Below, piece after piece: positions 29,293-41,021 of a stretch of DNA of 61,014 bases (position 1 is the stretch's first letter; every line of letters starts with the position of its first letter). The stretch comes from Gemmatimonadaceae bacterium. Lineage in GTDB: Bacteria > Gemmatimonadota > Gemmatimonadetes > Gemmatimonadales > Gemmatimonadaceae. The translations under genes and the position numbers were made by a program. The stretch spans positions 1 to 61,014 of the forward strand of contig DASUGD010000178.1 of the NCBI GenBank assembly GCA_036274195.1, read 5' to 3'. Below the pieces are notes generated by a model that saw nothing but the letters and a program-made list of their open reading frames with translations, ran no database searches and was not told the DNA's origin.

Positions 29293-30564
29293 CTAGTGCG
29301 TCGTGAGTGGGCCGAGTTCCCGCACCACGTTCGCAAACGGGCTGTAGACGAACTGATTGCCCGACGAGCTGCCACCCCAAAGGATGCCCGCCAGCTTCAC
29401 GTTCGTGCTGCTCACGACCTGAAACACGTCCGAGCCGCTGTCGCCACCGCCAACGCCCGCCGACACGAAGTTCTGGCACAGCTGCACGATACGGCTCCCC
29501 TGCACGCCCGTGTTCACGCATCTGTTGGTCAGGGTTCCCGATGTCCAGCCGGTGGTGCGGCCAACCTTGTTGATCGTCGTGCCGACCGCCAGACAACCGC
29601 CTAACGTGGTCGTGCAGTCGTCAGCCGTGATGGTGAACGAGCCGGTGATCTCGAGGCTGCCGTTGTTCGCGGCGCTCGTCTTCGCAATGCGGCCGAGTGC
29701 CTGATCCGCGCTGTTGACATACAGCGCACGGGACGCGTCGCTGTACCGGCACGTCCTCCCGCCGGGGCAGCCTGCACCCCTCGTGTAGGCCGGGTCCGCC
29801 ACTTCCCTGGCGATGACTGTCGGGGCCACCGACTGCAACGGCTGGTAGTACGGCGTGTTCTCCACCCCACCCTGCTTCGTCGTGCAGTGCGACGCCGTGA
29901 TGAACGACTTCTGACTCCCGGACGTCGCGTTGAACCCGACGGAGCAGAGGAAACCGGGGAAGTTGATCTGCACACCCGCCTGTACCGGGCGCGACACGAC
30001 GTTCTGCAGACTCGCGACCTGAACGATCGGCTCGACCTGATCGACGATCACCGCGTCGTCAGGCACCCCAAGGCGAGCGATGGCCGCGCGCACCTGACCC
30101 GTCGTGCCGATGTTCGCGACCCCGATGTGCACCCGGTTCGTCGTCTCGTCGTTATCGACGTACACCGTGCCGCTCACCGAGAAGGCGCCATCGGTTGCCG
30201 CGTCCTGCCAGCGCTGGAGCTGCTGCCATCCGTACCGCGCCTCGCGAACGTGGAGCGCGGCCGCCGACTGGCCCCGCGCCGCCATGTACGCGCCTAACGC
30301 GCGCTCGGCCGGCGCGCGGCTCGCGCCGCGGGCGAGGTAGATGGTCGGCTCACCGTTCGCATCGAGGAAGAATCCGCCGAAGCCAGGGACCTGGCGGTCG
30401 AGCTCCTCGGTCGACGGGAGACCGCCTCCCTGCGAGGAGCGCTGTGCGGTCGCCTCGACCCCGCGGGGGTCAGGGGACATGGGATTCGGCTGGTCCTGAC
30501 AGGCCGAGACGGCAAGGGCGGCGCCGGCAGCGATGGCCAGGCGCGTGGACGGACCGCGGAGCAT
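29293..30564 (-). CDS. S1 family (chymotrypsin/alpha-lytic-protease-like) serine peptidase lipoprotein with pro-region
   Basis: 423 aa. Lipobox LAVSAC, catalytic His motif ITASHC, Ser motif GDSGSDVF. N-terminal ~200 aa is a prodomain-like region. Confidence 0.85.
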   Translation of the reverse strand: MLRGPSTRLAIAAGAALAVSACQDQPNPMSPDPRGVEATAQRSSQGGGLPSTEELDRQVPGFGGFFLDANGEPTIYLARGASRAPAERALGAYMAARGQSAAALHVREARYGWQQLQRWQDAATDGAFSVSGTVYVDNDETTNRVHIGVANIGTTGQVRAAIARLGVPDDAVIVDQVEPIVQVASLQNVVSRPVQAGVQINFPGFLCSVGFNATSGSQKSFITASHCTTKQGGVENTPYYQPLQSVAPTVIAREVADPAYTRGAGCPGGRTCRYSDASRALYVNSADQALGRIAKTSAANNGSLEITGSFTITADDCTTTLGGCLAVGTTINKVGRTTGWTSGTLTNRCVNTGVQGSRIVQLCQNFVSAGVGGGDSGSDVFQVVSSTNVKLAGILWGGSSSGNQFVYSPFANVVRELGPLTTH

Positions 30565-30738
30565 ACGACCTCCGGATGGGTGTGAAGCCTATCGGGGCGA
30601 CTCGCGACGGCTGCTCGTGCCAGCCGGGCGGGACATTATACAGGACGGTCTGTCCGGCTGCCACAAGGGGTTTGCCCCCACCCTCATCCGGCGCGGATTT
30701 GGAGACGGCAGACCGTCCTTACCCAGCCCGGCCGCCGG

Positions 30739-31809
30739 GTGCTATCTCTCGCGTCAATGAACGCGCTTCCATACGCCATCCGCCGCGGCCTGGTACTCGG
30801 AAAGTTTCTCCCCTACCACGCGGGTCACGCCCACCTCATCCGTACCGCGCGCTCACAGGTCGACCTGTTGACCGTGCTCGTTTGCTCGACCGCACGCGAA
30901 CCCATCCCCGGCGCAACCCGCTTCGCCTGGGTGGCCGAATCCCACCCCGATTGCCGCGTCGTGCACGTCGCGGAGGAGGTCCCGCAGACCCCCGACGAGC
31001 ATCCCGAGTTCTGGCCGGTCTGGACGGACCTCGTTAGGCGACACGCCGGCGAGATCGATGTCGTCTTCACGTCCGAAGACTACGGCGACGAGCTCGCTCG
31101 GCGACTCGGCGCGCGGCACGTCTGCGTGGACCGTGCCCGGAGCGGGTACCCGGTCTCCGGCACGGCCATCCGCCAGGATCCGCTCGGGCACTGGGACTAC
31201 ATCCCGCCTGTCGTGCGGCCATCGTACGTGCATCGCGTCGCCATCCTCGGCACCGAGTCCACCGGGAAGACCACACTCGCACAGCAGCTGGCCGAGGCGT
31301 TTGGCACCACCTGGGTGCCGGAGTACGGGCGCGAATATTGTGAGGGGCGCGACGCGCTCGCGCTCACGTCAGATGATCTGGACGCCATCGGGCGAGGCCA
31401 GATCCTGGCCGAGGAAGCGGCGGCGCGGTCGGCCAACCGCGTGCTCATCTGCGACACGGACGTGCGCACGACGGCCACCTGGAGCGACATCATCCTCGGA
31501 ACGCGATCCGAATGGCTGTCGCAAGCCGCCGCGGCGGATGACTACAGCCATGCACTGTTGCTCGACGCCGATGTCCCGTGGGTGGACGACGGCATGCGCG
31601 TTCTCCGCGATCAGCGCGCCCGGCACACGGACCTCCTCGAGCGCGAGCTCCGGGCGACTCACCAGCCCTTCACGCGCATTCAGGGGCCGTTCGACCAGCG
31701 ATTTCAGCAGGCCGCTACCGTGATCGAGAGCGTCCTGCGCATGCCGGTGCGACCTCGCTTCGAAGCCGCGACCTCGCACGCCCTCACATCGGCTGGACAG
31801 GCAGGATAG
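30739..31809 (+). CDS. NadR-type bifunctional NMN adenylyltransferase / ribosylnicotinamide kinase (no N-terminal HTH)
   Basis: GKFLPYHAGHAHLI nucleotidyltransferase (H/T)xGH motif. ILGTESTGKTTLAQQLA P-loop of the kinase domain. Confidence 0.85.
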   Translation: MLSLASMNALPYAIRRGLVLGKFLPYHAGHAHLIRTARSQVDLLTVLVCSTAREPIPGATRFAWVAESHPDCRVVHVAEEVPQTPDEHPEFWPVWTDLVRRHAGEIDVVFTSEDYGDELARRLGARHVCVDRARSGYPVSGTAIRQDPLGHWDYIPPVVRPSYVHRVAILGTESTGKTTLAQQLAEAFGTTWVPEYGREYCEGRDALALTSDDLDAIGRGQILAEEAAARSANRVLICDTDVRTTATWSDIILGTRSEWLSQAAAADDYSHALLLDADVPWVDDGMRVLRDQRARHTDLLERELRATHQPFTRIQGPFDQRFQQAATVIESVLRMPVRPRFEAATSHALTSAGQAG

Positions 31810-32060
31810 AATTCGGTCGTGGTCGGCGACGATCCGGCAATCACCGGGGAGCCAGCCGGAAGAACGGGCGCATGCCGCCTCAGTAGACCTGGCCGGGTGC
31901 GGCCCGAACAGCCGCGCGTGAGTGGCCCCTGCGTCGTTGGTGTTCAGGAGACGTGTGGGCAAGCGGGGTGGTACCGCGGAGCGTGCGCCCAGGGCGCACG
32001 CGTCGTCCCCGAATGCGAGCGCTGGCGCGAGCACGTGCCAGCGTCACCGAGCGCATAACG

Positions 32061-32075
32061 AGGAGACGTGCCGTG
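32061..32075 (+). promoter_or_regulatory. ileS: Shine-Dalgarno AGGAG plus GTG start of ileS
   Basis: aggagacgtgccGTG: the in-frame GTG is 7-8 nt downstream of AGGAG. Confidence 0.6.
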
Positions 32076-35000
32076 GCATACCCGAAGGCTCGCGTCGGCG
32101 AGCGAACAGAAAAGGACGCCGTTCCATCCCGACCGTCGTTTCCCAGCCTCGAGGCCGAAGTCCTCGCGTACTGGGAGCGCGACAAGACCTTCGAGGCGAG
32201 CGTCGAGGCGCGCGAAGCCGGCCTGCACGGCGCGAACGAGTTCGTCTTCTATGACGGCCCGCCGTTCGCCAACGGCCTCCCGCACTATGGCCACCTGCTG
32301 ACCGGCTACGTCAAGGACGTCGTCCCGCGATACCAGACCATGAAAGGGCGGCGTGTCGAGCGTCGCTTCGGCTGGGATTGCCACGGCCTCCCCGCCGAGT
32401 TCGAGGCGGAAAAGCAGCTCGGCATCGAGCACAAGAACGAGATCGAGGCGATGGGCGTCGCGAAGTTCAACGACGCCTGCCGCACGTCGGTGCTCCGCTA
32501 CACGGAGGAGTGGCGCAACTACGTCACTCGTCAGGCACGATGGGTGGACTTCGACCACGACTACAAGACGCTCGACCTGCCGTACATGGAGAGCGTCATG
32601 TGGGCCTTCAAGTCGCTCTGGGACAAGGGGCTCGTCTATGAAGGTTTCAGGGTGTTGTGGTATTGCTGGAGGTGCGAGACACCGCTCAGCAACACGGAAA
32701 CCAAGATGGACGACGTGTACCGCGACCGGCAGGATCCCGCGGTAACCGTCAGCCTTCCGTTGAAGTCGTCGCTGCCCGAGCTGCAGGGCGTCGAGGCGCT
32801 CGTGTGGACGACGACACCGTGGACGCTCCCGTCGAACCTCGCGGCCGCCGTGCACCCGGACGTCGAGTACGTCGTGGTCCAGGCACCTGACGGCAAACGT
32901 TATCTGCTCGCGCAGGCCCGTGTGGCGGCCTACGCGCGCGAGCTCGGGGAGGACCCGCCCATTCTCGCGCGATTCACCGGGAGGCAGCTCGTCGGCACGC
33001 GGTACACGCCGCCATTCGCCTTCTTCTACGGCAAGCAGCCTAACGCACACCAGGTCCTCCTGGCCGAGTACGTCACGACCGAGGATGGTACCGGGATGGT
33101 GCACATCGCGCCTGCGTACGGCGAGGAGGACAAGGTGGTGACGGACGCTGCCGGCATCGAGCCGGTGACGCCCGTCAACTCGCGCGGCGAGTTCGACTCG
33201 CAGGTGCCACCGTACCAGGGGCAGCACGTGTTCGAGGCCAACAAGAACATCATCCGCGACCTCAAGGCCTCGGGTGCCCTGCTCCGTCACGACACCTATC
33301 AGCACTCGTACCCACACTGCTGGCGCTGCGACAGCCCGCTCATCCAGCGGGCCGTGAGCTCGTGGTTCGTGGCGGTGACGAAGTTCCGCGATCGCATGGT
33401 TCAGCTCAACCAACAGATTCGCTGGGTGCCGGAGCACATCAGGGATGGCCAGTTCGGCAAGTGGCTGGAGAACGCGCGTGACTGGTCGATCTCGCGGAAT
33501 CGCTACTGGGGATCGCCGATCCCCGTGTGGGTGTCGGACGACCGGAAATATCCGCGTGTGGATGTCTACGGCTCGCTGGCCGAGTTGGAACGTGATTTCG
33601 GCGTGAGGCCTGACGACCTGCATCGCCCCGGGATCGATCAGCTCACGCGCCCGAACCCGGATGACCCGACAGGCAAGTCCACGATGCGACGGGTGCCGGA
33701 GGTGCTGGACTGCTGGTTCGAGTCAGGGTCCATGACGTTCGCGCAGGTGCACTTTCCGTTCGAGCACAAGGACTGGTTCGAGCATCACTATCCGGGCGAC
33801 TTCATCGTCGAGTACAACGGCCAGACGCGCGGGTGGTTCTACACGCTGCACGTGCTGGCGACGGCGCTGTTCGACCGGCCGGCGTTCCGCACTTGCCTGG
33901 CGCACGGCATCGTGTTAGGCAACGACGGGCAGAAGATGTCGAAGTCGCGGAAGAACTATCCCGACGTGCGGGAGGTGTTCGACCGCGACGGGTCCGACGC
34001 GATGCGCTGGTTCCTCATGGCGAGCCCGATCCTGCGCGGCGGCGACCTGATCGTGACCGAGGCAGGCATTCGCGATGCGGTCCGCGAGGCGCTCCTGCCG
34101 CTCTGGAACACCTACTACTTCCTCGCGCTCTACGCGAACGCGGAAAACATGGATGGCGTCGTCCGAACGGACTCGACGCACATCCTGGATCGGTACATCC
34201 TCGCAAAGACGAACGAGCTGGTGACGGACGTCGAGTCGCAGATGGACCGGTACGATCTCGCGGGCGCCTGCGCGACGGTTCGTGAGTTTCTCGAGGCGCT
34301 GACGAACTGGTACGTCCGCCGTTCGCGGGACCGCTTCTGGGCGGGCGACCGGGACGCGATCGACACGCTGCACACGGTGCTCGAGGTGACCTGCCGAGTG
34401 GTTGCGCCACTTCTGCCGCTGACGTCGGAAGCGATCTGGCGGGGGTTGACGGGCGGTCGATCAGTCCATCTCACCGACTGGCCGCTCGTGGACTCGATGC
34501 CTAACGACTCGGCCCTCGTCACCGCGATCGACCGGGTGCGCCAGGTCTGCTCGGCCGCCCTGGCGCTGCGATCGGTGAACAAGCTGCGCGTGCGGCTCCC
34601 GCTGGCAACGCTGCGCGTCGCGGCCGCGGATGCGGAGCGTCTCGTGCCGTTCGTCGATCTCATTCGCGACGAGGTGAACGTGAAGGAGGTCGAGCTGACG
34701 ACTGACCTCGTGGCACACGGCTCGTTCGAGGTCACGGTCAACGCGCGCGCCGCGGGCCCCCGCCTCGGCAAGGATGTTCAGCGCGTCATCAAGGCGGTGA
34801 AGGCGGGTCAGTGGACGACGTCGCCCTCGGGTGGTGTGGTTGCGGACGGCATCGAGCTCCGGGAGGGCGAGTTCGAGCGCCGGCTCGTGTCGAAGGACGC
34901 GGGCGCGGCGGCCGAGCTGCCGGGAAGCTCGGGGATCGTGGTGCTGGATACGACGGTGACGCCCGAGCTCGAGGCGGAGGGGTTGGCCCGGGATCTCGTG

Positions 35001-35225
35001 CGCGTGGTCCAGCAGGCGAGACGGGACAGGGGGCTCGACGTGTCGGACCGCATTCGCCTAACGATCGACGCCCCGATCCTCGTGGCGGCAGCGGCGCGAA
35101 CGCACGAGAACCTCATTCGGAGCGAAACGCTCGCGCTCGACGTCGGCTATGCGACGACCGGCGATGGGGTGGCGGGGAAAGTCGGGGAGGGCATGGACGT
35201 ACGGGTCGAGATCGTGAAGGTGTGA
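32073..35225 (+). CDS. ileS: Isoleucine--tRNA ligase (type 2, eukaryote-like IleRS)
   Basis: [24 protein letters not shown] (HIGH region) and [11 protein letters not shown] (KMSKS) motifs; about 1050 aa. In-frame GTG start at 32073 preceded by AGGAG at 32061-32065. Confidence 0.95.
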   Translation: MAYPKARVGERTEKDAVPSRPSFPSLEAEVLAYWERDKTFEASVEAREAGLHGANEFVFYDGPPFANGLPHYGHLLTGYVKDVVPRYQTMKGRRVERRFGWDCHGLPAEFEAEKQLGIEHKNEIEAMGVAKFNDACRTSVLRYTEEWRNYVTRQARWVDFDHDYKTLDLPYMESVMWAFKSLWDKGLVYEGFRVLWYCWRCETPLSNTETKMDDVYRDRQDPAVTVSLPLKSSLPELQGVEALVWTTTPWTLPSNLAAAVHPDVEYVVVQAPDGKRYLLAQARVAAYARELGEDPPILARFTGRQLVGTRYTPPFAFFYGKQPNAHQVLLAEYVTTEDGTGMVHIAPAYGEEDKVVTDAAGIEPVTPVNSRGEFDSQVPPYQGQHVFEANKNIIRDLKASGALLRHDTYQHSYPHCWRCDSPLIQRAVSSWFVAVTKFRDRMVQLNQQIRWVPEHIRDGQFGKWLENARDWSISRNRYWGSPIPVWVSDDRKYPRVDVYGSLAELERDFGVRPDDLHRPGIDQLTRPNPDDPTGKSTMRRVPEVLDCWFESGSMTFAQVHFPFEHKDWFEHHYPGDFIVEYNGQTRGWFYTLHVLATALFDRPAFRTCLAHGIVLGNDGQKMSKSRKNYPDVREVFDRDGSDAMRWFLMASPILRGGDLIVTEAGIRDAVREALLPLWNTYYFLALYANAENMDGVVRTDSTHILDRYILAKTNELVTDVESQMDRYDLAGACATVREFLEALTNWYVRRSRDRFWAGDRDAIDTLHTVLEVTCRVVAPLLPLTSEAIWRGLTGGRSVHLTDWPLVDSMPNDSALVTAIDRVRQVCSAALALRSVNKLRVRLPLATLRVAAADAERLVPFVDLIRDEVNVKEVELTTDLVAHGSFEVTVNARAAGPRLGKDVQRVIKAVKAGQWTTSPSGGVVADGIELREGEFERRLVSKDAGAAAELPGSSGIVVLDTTVTPELEAEGLARDLVRVVQQARRDRGLDVSDRIRLTIDAPILVAAAARTHENLIRSETLALDVGYATTGDGVAGKVGEGMDVRVEIVKV

Positions 35226-35578
35226 CGGCTGGCGACTGGCGACTGGCGACTGTCCGGGGCGGGCAACGGGCTGCTCGCTGCTAGCCGCTGCGTGCCGCGG
35301 GCGGCTGCTGGGCTGGCAGCCGACGGCTGCGCGCTACTGCCGCGTGCTGCGGGCTGCTGCTATTACCGCCCGGTTGTCATTCCGAGCGCGGGTGCCCGCG
35401 AAGCGGGCAGGTCAGGAATCGCAGGCGTCCCGGTTGGGGGGGACACCCCTCGCTCGGGACGACGGCGATTCCTCGACTTCGGCGCTCCGCGCCTCCGCTC
35501 GGAATGACACGCGCCGTTTGGCCGTCGCCCGTCGTCCGTCCCCCGTCCCCGGCAGTCGCCAGTCGCCAGTCGCCTACC
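35226..35578. repeat. Composite inverted-repeat element flanked by (GCGACTG)3 / (CAGTCGC)3 arms
   Basis: gcgactg x3 at ~35230-35250 and cagtcgc x3 at ~35553-35573. Inner palindrome gtcattccgagcg (35376-35388) / cgctcggaatgac (35496-35508). Confidence 0.9.
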
Positions 35579-36143
35579 GATAGAAGAAATACTCCGCCGA
35601 GTAGGCGGCGCGCGCCTCCTCGCCGATGACCGTTCCCCCGGCCGACGGCGCCTTGCCACCAACCGTGTTCACTCGCTGGACGAACGTCACGCCATTGAGC
35701 ACACCGGGTCCCGAAGACGTTGCGGAGAGCGACAGCCATTGAACCGCGTTAGGGTCGGCGGTGCAGCGGTCGATGACCGTACCGACTGCCTTGCTCCCGC
35801 TGTTGGTTTCCCACGTCGGGCCGACGTAGTGCGTGCCGACCGTACTCTTCCCCTCGGCGTCCGCCGACAGCACAGCGTCGGGCCCGTAAAGCAGCCAGCT
35901 CGTGCCGGTCCAGCGATAGATCTGAACCCCTCGCGCGTAGACGTGGAAGGCGAGCGTACTCCCGACTGGCGCCGCCAGGTTTCCGCAGTTGCCAAGCTCC
36001 GGCTGCACACTGGCGAGGGCTTTCGGAAGCATCGGCTCGAGAGCGCGTGTTGCGTCATTCGCACACGCGGCCAGAACGGCTGGGATGGCGAGCCTGACCA
36101 GCGTGACGAATGCGGATGCGTATGAGTATGGGCGGGTCTTCAT
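35574..36143 (-). CDS. Hypothetical lipoprotein (paralog of 50711..51310)
   Basis: Start trimmed to MKTRPYSYASAFVTLVRLAIPAVLAAC (lipobox), preceded by GAGGAA. Shares GxQIYRW.G..W, VGTH, CT..PNA..W..LSA, TF.QR.NTVGG.AP, Y.A.Y.FY with the 50711 gene. Confidence 0.7.
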   Translation of the reverse strand: MKTRPYSYASAFVTLVRLAIPAVLAACANDATRALEPMLPKALASVQPELGNCGNLAAPVGSTLAFHVYARGVQIYRWTGTSWLLYGPDAVLSADAEGKSTVGTHYVGPTWETNSGSKAVGTVIDRCTADPNAVQWLSLSATSSGPGVLNGVTFVQRVNTVGGKAPSAGGTVIGEEARAAYSAEYFFYR

Positions 36144-36403
36144 TGTGGTTCCTCGAACGCAGTTCAGTTGAGGTAGTGACCGTTGGTCGAGGGGCATACC
36201 GCTTCCCCGACGGTAGGCGTGGCGCGGGCTGAAACGAGCCACCCGTAAGTAGGACTGCGTGGTTCGCGTTCGAGCGCGGACATCCAGGGTTCCGGTGTTG
36301 AAAGTGACCACCAGGGCAACGGGTGGTGTCCTGATCGATAGGTGAGTAACCTCCTCGTCGGCTGGTCGCGGCACGCACGTTCAATCTTCGACGAGGAGGT
36401 AGA

Positions 36404-36658
36404 GTGCTCTTCCACATCACCCAGGTTCACACGGCCGAGACGTGTCCGCGGGACGAAGGTGGGTCGAACTCGTTGTTCAACCCTAACGTTCCTGGTCTCA
36501 AGCTCATCGGCCGGTACGGGGCGAACGGGCAGCACACGCTGTTCTACATCGTGGAAGCGGACGACGTGAACGCGATCCACCGATTCCTGTGGCCCGGGTT
36601 CAAGCGGTGCACGGCCACCGTGACGCCCGTGAGTGAGGTGCCAGTTCCGAAGGACTGA
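36404..36658 (+). CDS. Small hypothetical protein (84 aa)
   Basis: GTG start preceded by GAGGAGG at 36394-36400. No recognisable domain. Confidence 0.45.
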   Translation: MLFHITQVHTAETCPRDEGGSNSLFNPNVPGLKLIGRYGANGQHTLFYIVEADDVNAIHRFLWPGFKRCTATVTPVSEVPVPKD

Positions 36659-36693
36659 CCGGCGCAGCCGCCAATCCATGCACTGCATTCACA

Positions 36694-37008
36694 ATGCGTC
36701 TATCCTCGACCTCTTTACCGCCAGCATCCAGCAGCGAGAACCTGACCTCCCTTCGCGACATCGGGGAGGTCAGTGCTCGCTGGCTGCGTGCCGTCGGCAT
36801 TCACACGGTGAGTGAGCTGCGTCGCGTCGGACCGGCCGAGGCGTTCGGCCGAGTGAAGTTCCGGTTCGGCCGCGCGGTGAATCGCAACCTGCTCTACGCA
36901 CTGGCCATGGGCCTCGAGGGGCGAGCGTACAACGACGCCACCCCGACGGAAAAACGGCGCCTGTGCGCCGAGGCAGGCATTGCCTATCACACGCGCCGGG
37001 CACGATGA
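36694..37008 (+). CDS. TfoX C-terminal-domain protein (TfoX/Sxy C-domain only)
   Basis: LTSLRDIGEVSARWLRAVGIHTVSELRRVGPAEAFGRVKFRFGRAVNRNLLYALAMGLEGRAYNDATPTEKRRL matches the TfoX_C pattern L..LPN.G......L...GI.T...L...G...AY..L......NLL.AL.GA..G..W..L. Confidence 0.7.
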   Translation: MRLSSTSLPPASSSENLTSLRDIGEVSARWLRAVGIHTVSELRRVGPAEAFGRVKFRFGRAVNRNLLYALAMGLEGRAYNDATPTEKRRLCAEAGIAYHTRRAR

Positions 37009-37032
37009 ATCGGTAGCCTAACGTGGCTGTTT

Positions 37033-38211
<1,179 letters not shown>

Positions 38212-38334
38212 CTAGCGGGCCGCTCGGGGAGAGGGCCACTGCCAGGGCGTCCGTGAAAGCGCGCTCGAGAAAGTCATGGACGAATGATAGCGCCCACCGT
38301 CATTGAAGTGAAGGTTCGCGTATCCTAACGGGAC

Positions 38335-39696
38335 ATGACAATGCCCAGTCTGGCGTGGCGACGCTGCTCTCGCGCAATCGGTGCGACGCTTCTCCTGGTG
38401 GGGGGCGCTCGGCCGATGGCCGCCCAGGCGGGCGATACGACTGCGGGCCCGCGTCTGCCGGTGTTGAGCGACACCGGATTCCGCTTCCACGGCTACCTGC
38501 GATCGGGCTTCGGCGTCGACGGCAGTGGCAAGGGACAGCAGGTTTTCATCGCGCCGCTTGCCGGCTCGAAGTACCGCTTGGGCAACGAGGCCGAGACGTA
38601 CCTCGAGACGCTGTTCGCGTATGACACGAAGACGGACGGAGACGAACCGGCCTACTTCGACACGCAGGTGCGATTCGCGTACGTGACGCCCACATCGCAG
38701 TCCAACACCTTCGCCACGACGTTTTCACTCCGCGAAGCGTACGCGCTGGCCAGGCGTGTCTGGGCGGAACAGCCGACGGCCACCTTCTGGGCGGGGGCTC
38801 GCTTTTACGACCGCTACGACGTGCACCTCACGGACTTCTGGTACCGCGATCCGAGTGGCTTCGGCGGCGGCGTCGAAGACGTGGCACTCGGGCGCACGAC
38901 GAAGCTGGCGGTCGCCTGGATCGGCGGCACGCAGGACCAGCTCGATCCGAACGGCACCGTGCCGCCGGAGGATCTGTTCCGCTTCAACAAGAACACGCTC
39001 GACGTGCGCCTCTACAACTTCGCCGTGGGCCGCGGTGTGGGGTCCGTCGCGCTCGACCTGTCGAAGTTCAACGGCGACGAGGTGACCACCGCCGGCGCAC
39101 CGATCATCGTGGAGAACAACGTCGGCGCGTCGGCTACTGCCACGCTCGACTGGCCGTTCACGGGAGGTCGTAACCGGTCAGTGGTGCAGTACGGTAGAGG
39201 CGCGGCGTTCGACTTTCGGTCGGTCCTGACGACGCCCGCGGGGCGGACGTTCTCGCCAGGGGAGACGGTGCGTTTCAGCGACGTGTGGCAGTTCCGGGTT
39301 CTCAATGACTTCCTCCTGGACGAGCGGGGTCCGTGGGCGCTGCAGGCGCTCACGCTTTACCAGGCGCTCGAGAACGGTGCCGCCACGGACAGCCGGATCC
39401 GCTGGGCGTCAGTCGGCGTCCGCCCGGTGCGTCAGCTGGGGCGGTTCTTCTCGCTGGCAACGGAGGTGGGATGGGACTACACGAGGCAGGGCGACCTGCC
39501 GGGCGGCTCGCTGGTCAAGCTGACGCTGGCCCCGCAGGTCACGCCTGCCTTCAAGTTCCTCAGCCGGCCGTCGCTGCGCGCGTTCGTGACCTGGGCGCGC
39601 TGGTCGGACTCGTTCCGCGGCCGGATCGCCGCGGCGACGGACCCGAACGCCATCCACGGCAGTGCGGTCGGCGTGCAGATGGAGTCCTGGTGGTAG
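38335..39696 (+). CDS. LamB-type carbohydrate porin (maltoporin family)
   Basis: Signal peptide. FHGYLRSGFGVDGSGKGQQVFIAPLAGSKYRLGNEAETYLETLF parallels the LamB N-terminal signature (DFHGYARSGIGW..SKYRLGNECETY). C-terminal aromatic residue (W). Confidence 0.85.
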   Translation: MTMPSLAWRRCSRAIGATLLLVGGARPMAAQAGDTTAGPRLPVLSDTGFRFHGYLRSGFGVDGSGKGQQVFIAPLAGSKYRLGNEAETYLETLFAYDTKTDGDEPAYFDTQVRFAYVTPTSQSNTFATTFSLREAYALARRVWAEQPTATFWAGARFYDRYDVHLTDFWYRDPSGFGGGVEDVALGRTTKLAVAWIGGTQDQLDPNGTVPPEDLFRFNKNTLDVRLYNFAVGRGVGSVALDLSKFNGDEVTTAGAPIIVENNVGASATATLDWPFTGGRNRSVVQYGRGAAFDFRSVLTTPAGRTFSPGETVRFSDVWQFRVLNDFLLDERGPWALQALTLYQALENGAATDSRIRWASVGVRPVRQLGRFFSLATEVGWDYTRQGDLPGGSLVKLTLAPQVTPAFKFLSRPSLRAFVTWARWSDSFRGRIAAATDPNAIHGSAVGVQMESWW

Positions 39697-40009
39697 GGGC
39701 CCGCTTCCTTCACCTAACGCTACTTCTCCTCGCGGCGAACGGTTGCGCGCCGGCGTCGCCTCGGCGGTGACGTCCGATCCCGATGGGAACGCGGTCACGG
39801 TGAAGTGGTGGCGATGGAAGGACGTGGATACCTATCCGGGCAACGTTAGGCTGTCTAAGACCGTTCGATATCGTATCGCCACGCTGGCATTCGAGCACCT
39901 ACAGGTGGGTAACGGCAAGACCTTAACGCGGATTTCGAACAGCGATTGCGCCGATGTTCGCGGATTTGCTCCGTGCGCAGTGACAACACCGACGGCACGT
40001 CCGGTCTCA

Positions 40010-40165
40010 CATCGTTCTTTGTTCAACGACCTCGGGAAGGGTAGGAGGGACTTCCCGAGGTCCTTCATTCTCAAATCCAGCTCCGTACGAACGGAGATGT
40101 CTGGGCCAAGGCGCGATCCGAAGCATCCGCTCGATCCGGAAGCATCCGAACACCCCGTCGTCTGA
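40010..40165. repeat. Approximately 150-bp structured repeat, copy 1 (MITE-like)
   Basis: Shares aacgacctcgggaag...cttcccgaggtc, tcattctc, gatccgaagcatccg...gcatccgaacacccc.tcgtctg with 47100-47260. Confidence 0.85.
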
Positions 40166-40176
40166 GAGGCCAGCCC

Positions 40177-40914
40177 TCAGACGGCGAACCAGCGACAGAA
40201 CGCGAGCCAGGGCGCCGATGCCGGGATCGACGTCATGAACAGCTGCACCGTCACGTGCGTCGCCAGGGCTATCGGATACGCCCACCTGCGCCGCTCGCCC
40301 ATCCGCCAGTCGACGACGATCAGCGTGATGAGAAGGAGCTCGACGACAACGAGGCTGATGTTGATCGCCAGGAATGGGTTGAGGCCGAACTGGCGTGCGA
40401 CGAACCTTGTTATCGCCGGCGGGAACCCGATGAGTGAGGTCGAGACCATGTACCGCTTGTGCGCCGCCGGCGTCTTGCGATTCCGCAGCCCGAGGAGAAA
40501 CAGAGCGACGAAGAGCGCCACCAGCGTCACGTCCAGGTACGCAATGAGCGGTCGTGCGATCGGCGGCAGCGCACCTCTCGTCAGCATGACCCGCGTGTTC
40601 ATGAGCGCGGTCACCGTCACGATCGGCAGCAGCGCAATGACGGCCACCGCCACGCCCCGGTGCCAGCGCACGTAGCCGTTCGTCACCAGCCACGGTTGCA
40701 CGACGAGCGCGAGATACCAGAGCGTCGAGGTCACGCCGTGGACGTTCCGCAGCGTCGTGCCACTGGTCAGCGGCTGGTAGAACGTGGGCCAGAACCCGAG
40801 CATGACCACAGCGAACGCAGCGAGCATGTACCAATGCACGTGCGCATAGCTCGGTCGCGCGGATTTGTGCGCAGCGGGTGAGGAAAGCGGGCCGGCGGGA
40901 GCGATGACCGTCAT
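40177..40914 (-). CDS. Hypothetical polytopic membrane protein
   Basis: 245 aa with 5-6 hydrophobic helices. No recognisable family. Confidence 0.6.
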   Translation of the reverse strand: MTVIAPAGPLSSPAAHKSARPSYAHVHWYMLAAFAVVMLGFWPTFYQPLTSGTTLRNVHGVTSTLWYLALVVQPWLVTNGYVRWHRGVAVAVIALLPIVTVTALMNTRVMLTRGALPPIARPLIAYLDVTLVALFVALFLLGLRNRKTPAAHKRYMVSTSLIGFPPAITRFVARQFGLNPFLAINISLVVVELLLITLIVVDWRMGERRRWAYPIALATHVTVQLFMTSIPASAPWLAFCRWFAV

Positions 40915-41021
40915 GTCTCGAGCTCGTCGCGAGGGTTGCCTGCACCGGTGAGCGTTCTACGATATGATAGTCGTGGTCGTTTCCTCAACCGTTCGCCCGC
41001 TCCACTCTCTCTCGATCCCTC

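Noticed and set aside
31944-33623. 559-aa minus-strand ORF antisense to ileS
   Set aside because: Shadow ORF. ileS carries HIGH and KMSKS motifs in the plus frame.
39662-40165. 167-aa plus-strand ORF downstream of the porin gene
   Set aside because: Its 3-prime third is translated from the MITE-like repeat, and it overlaps the porin stop. I treat it as a possible gene remnant in the findings, not as a CDS.
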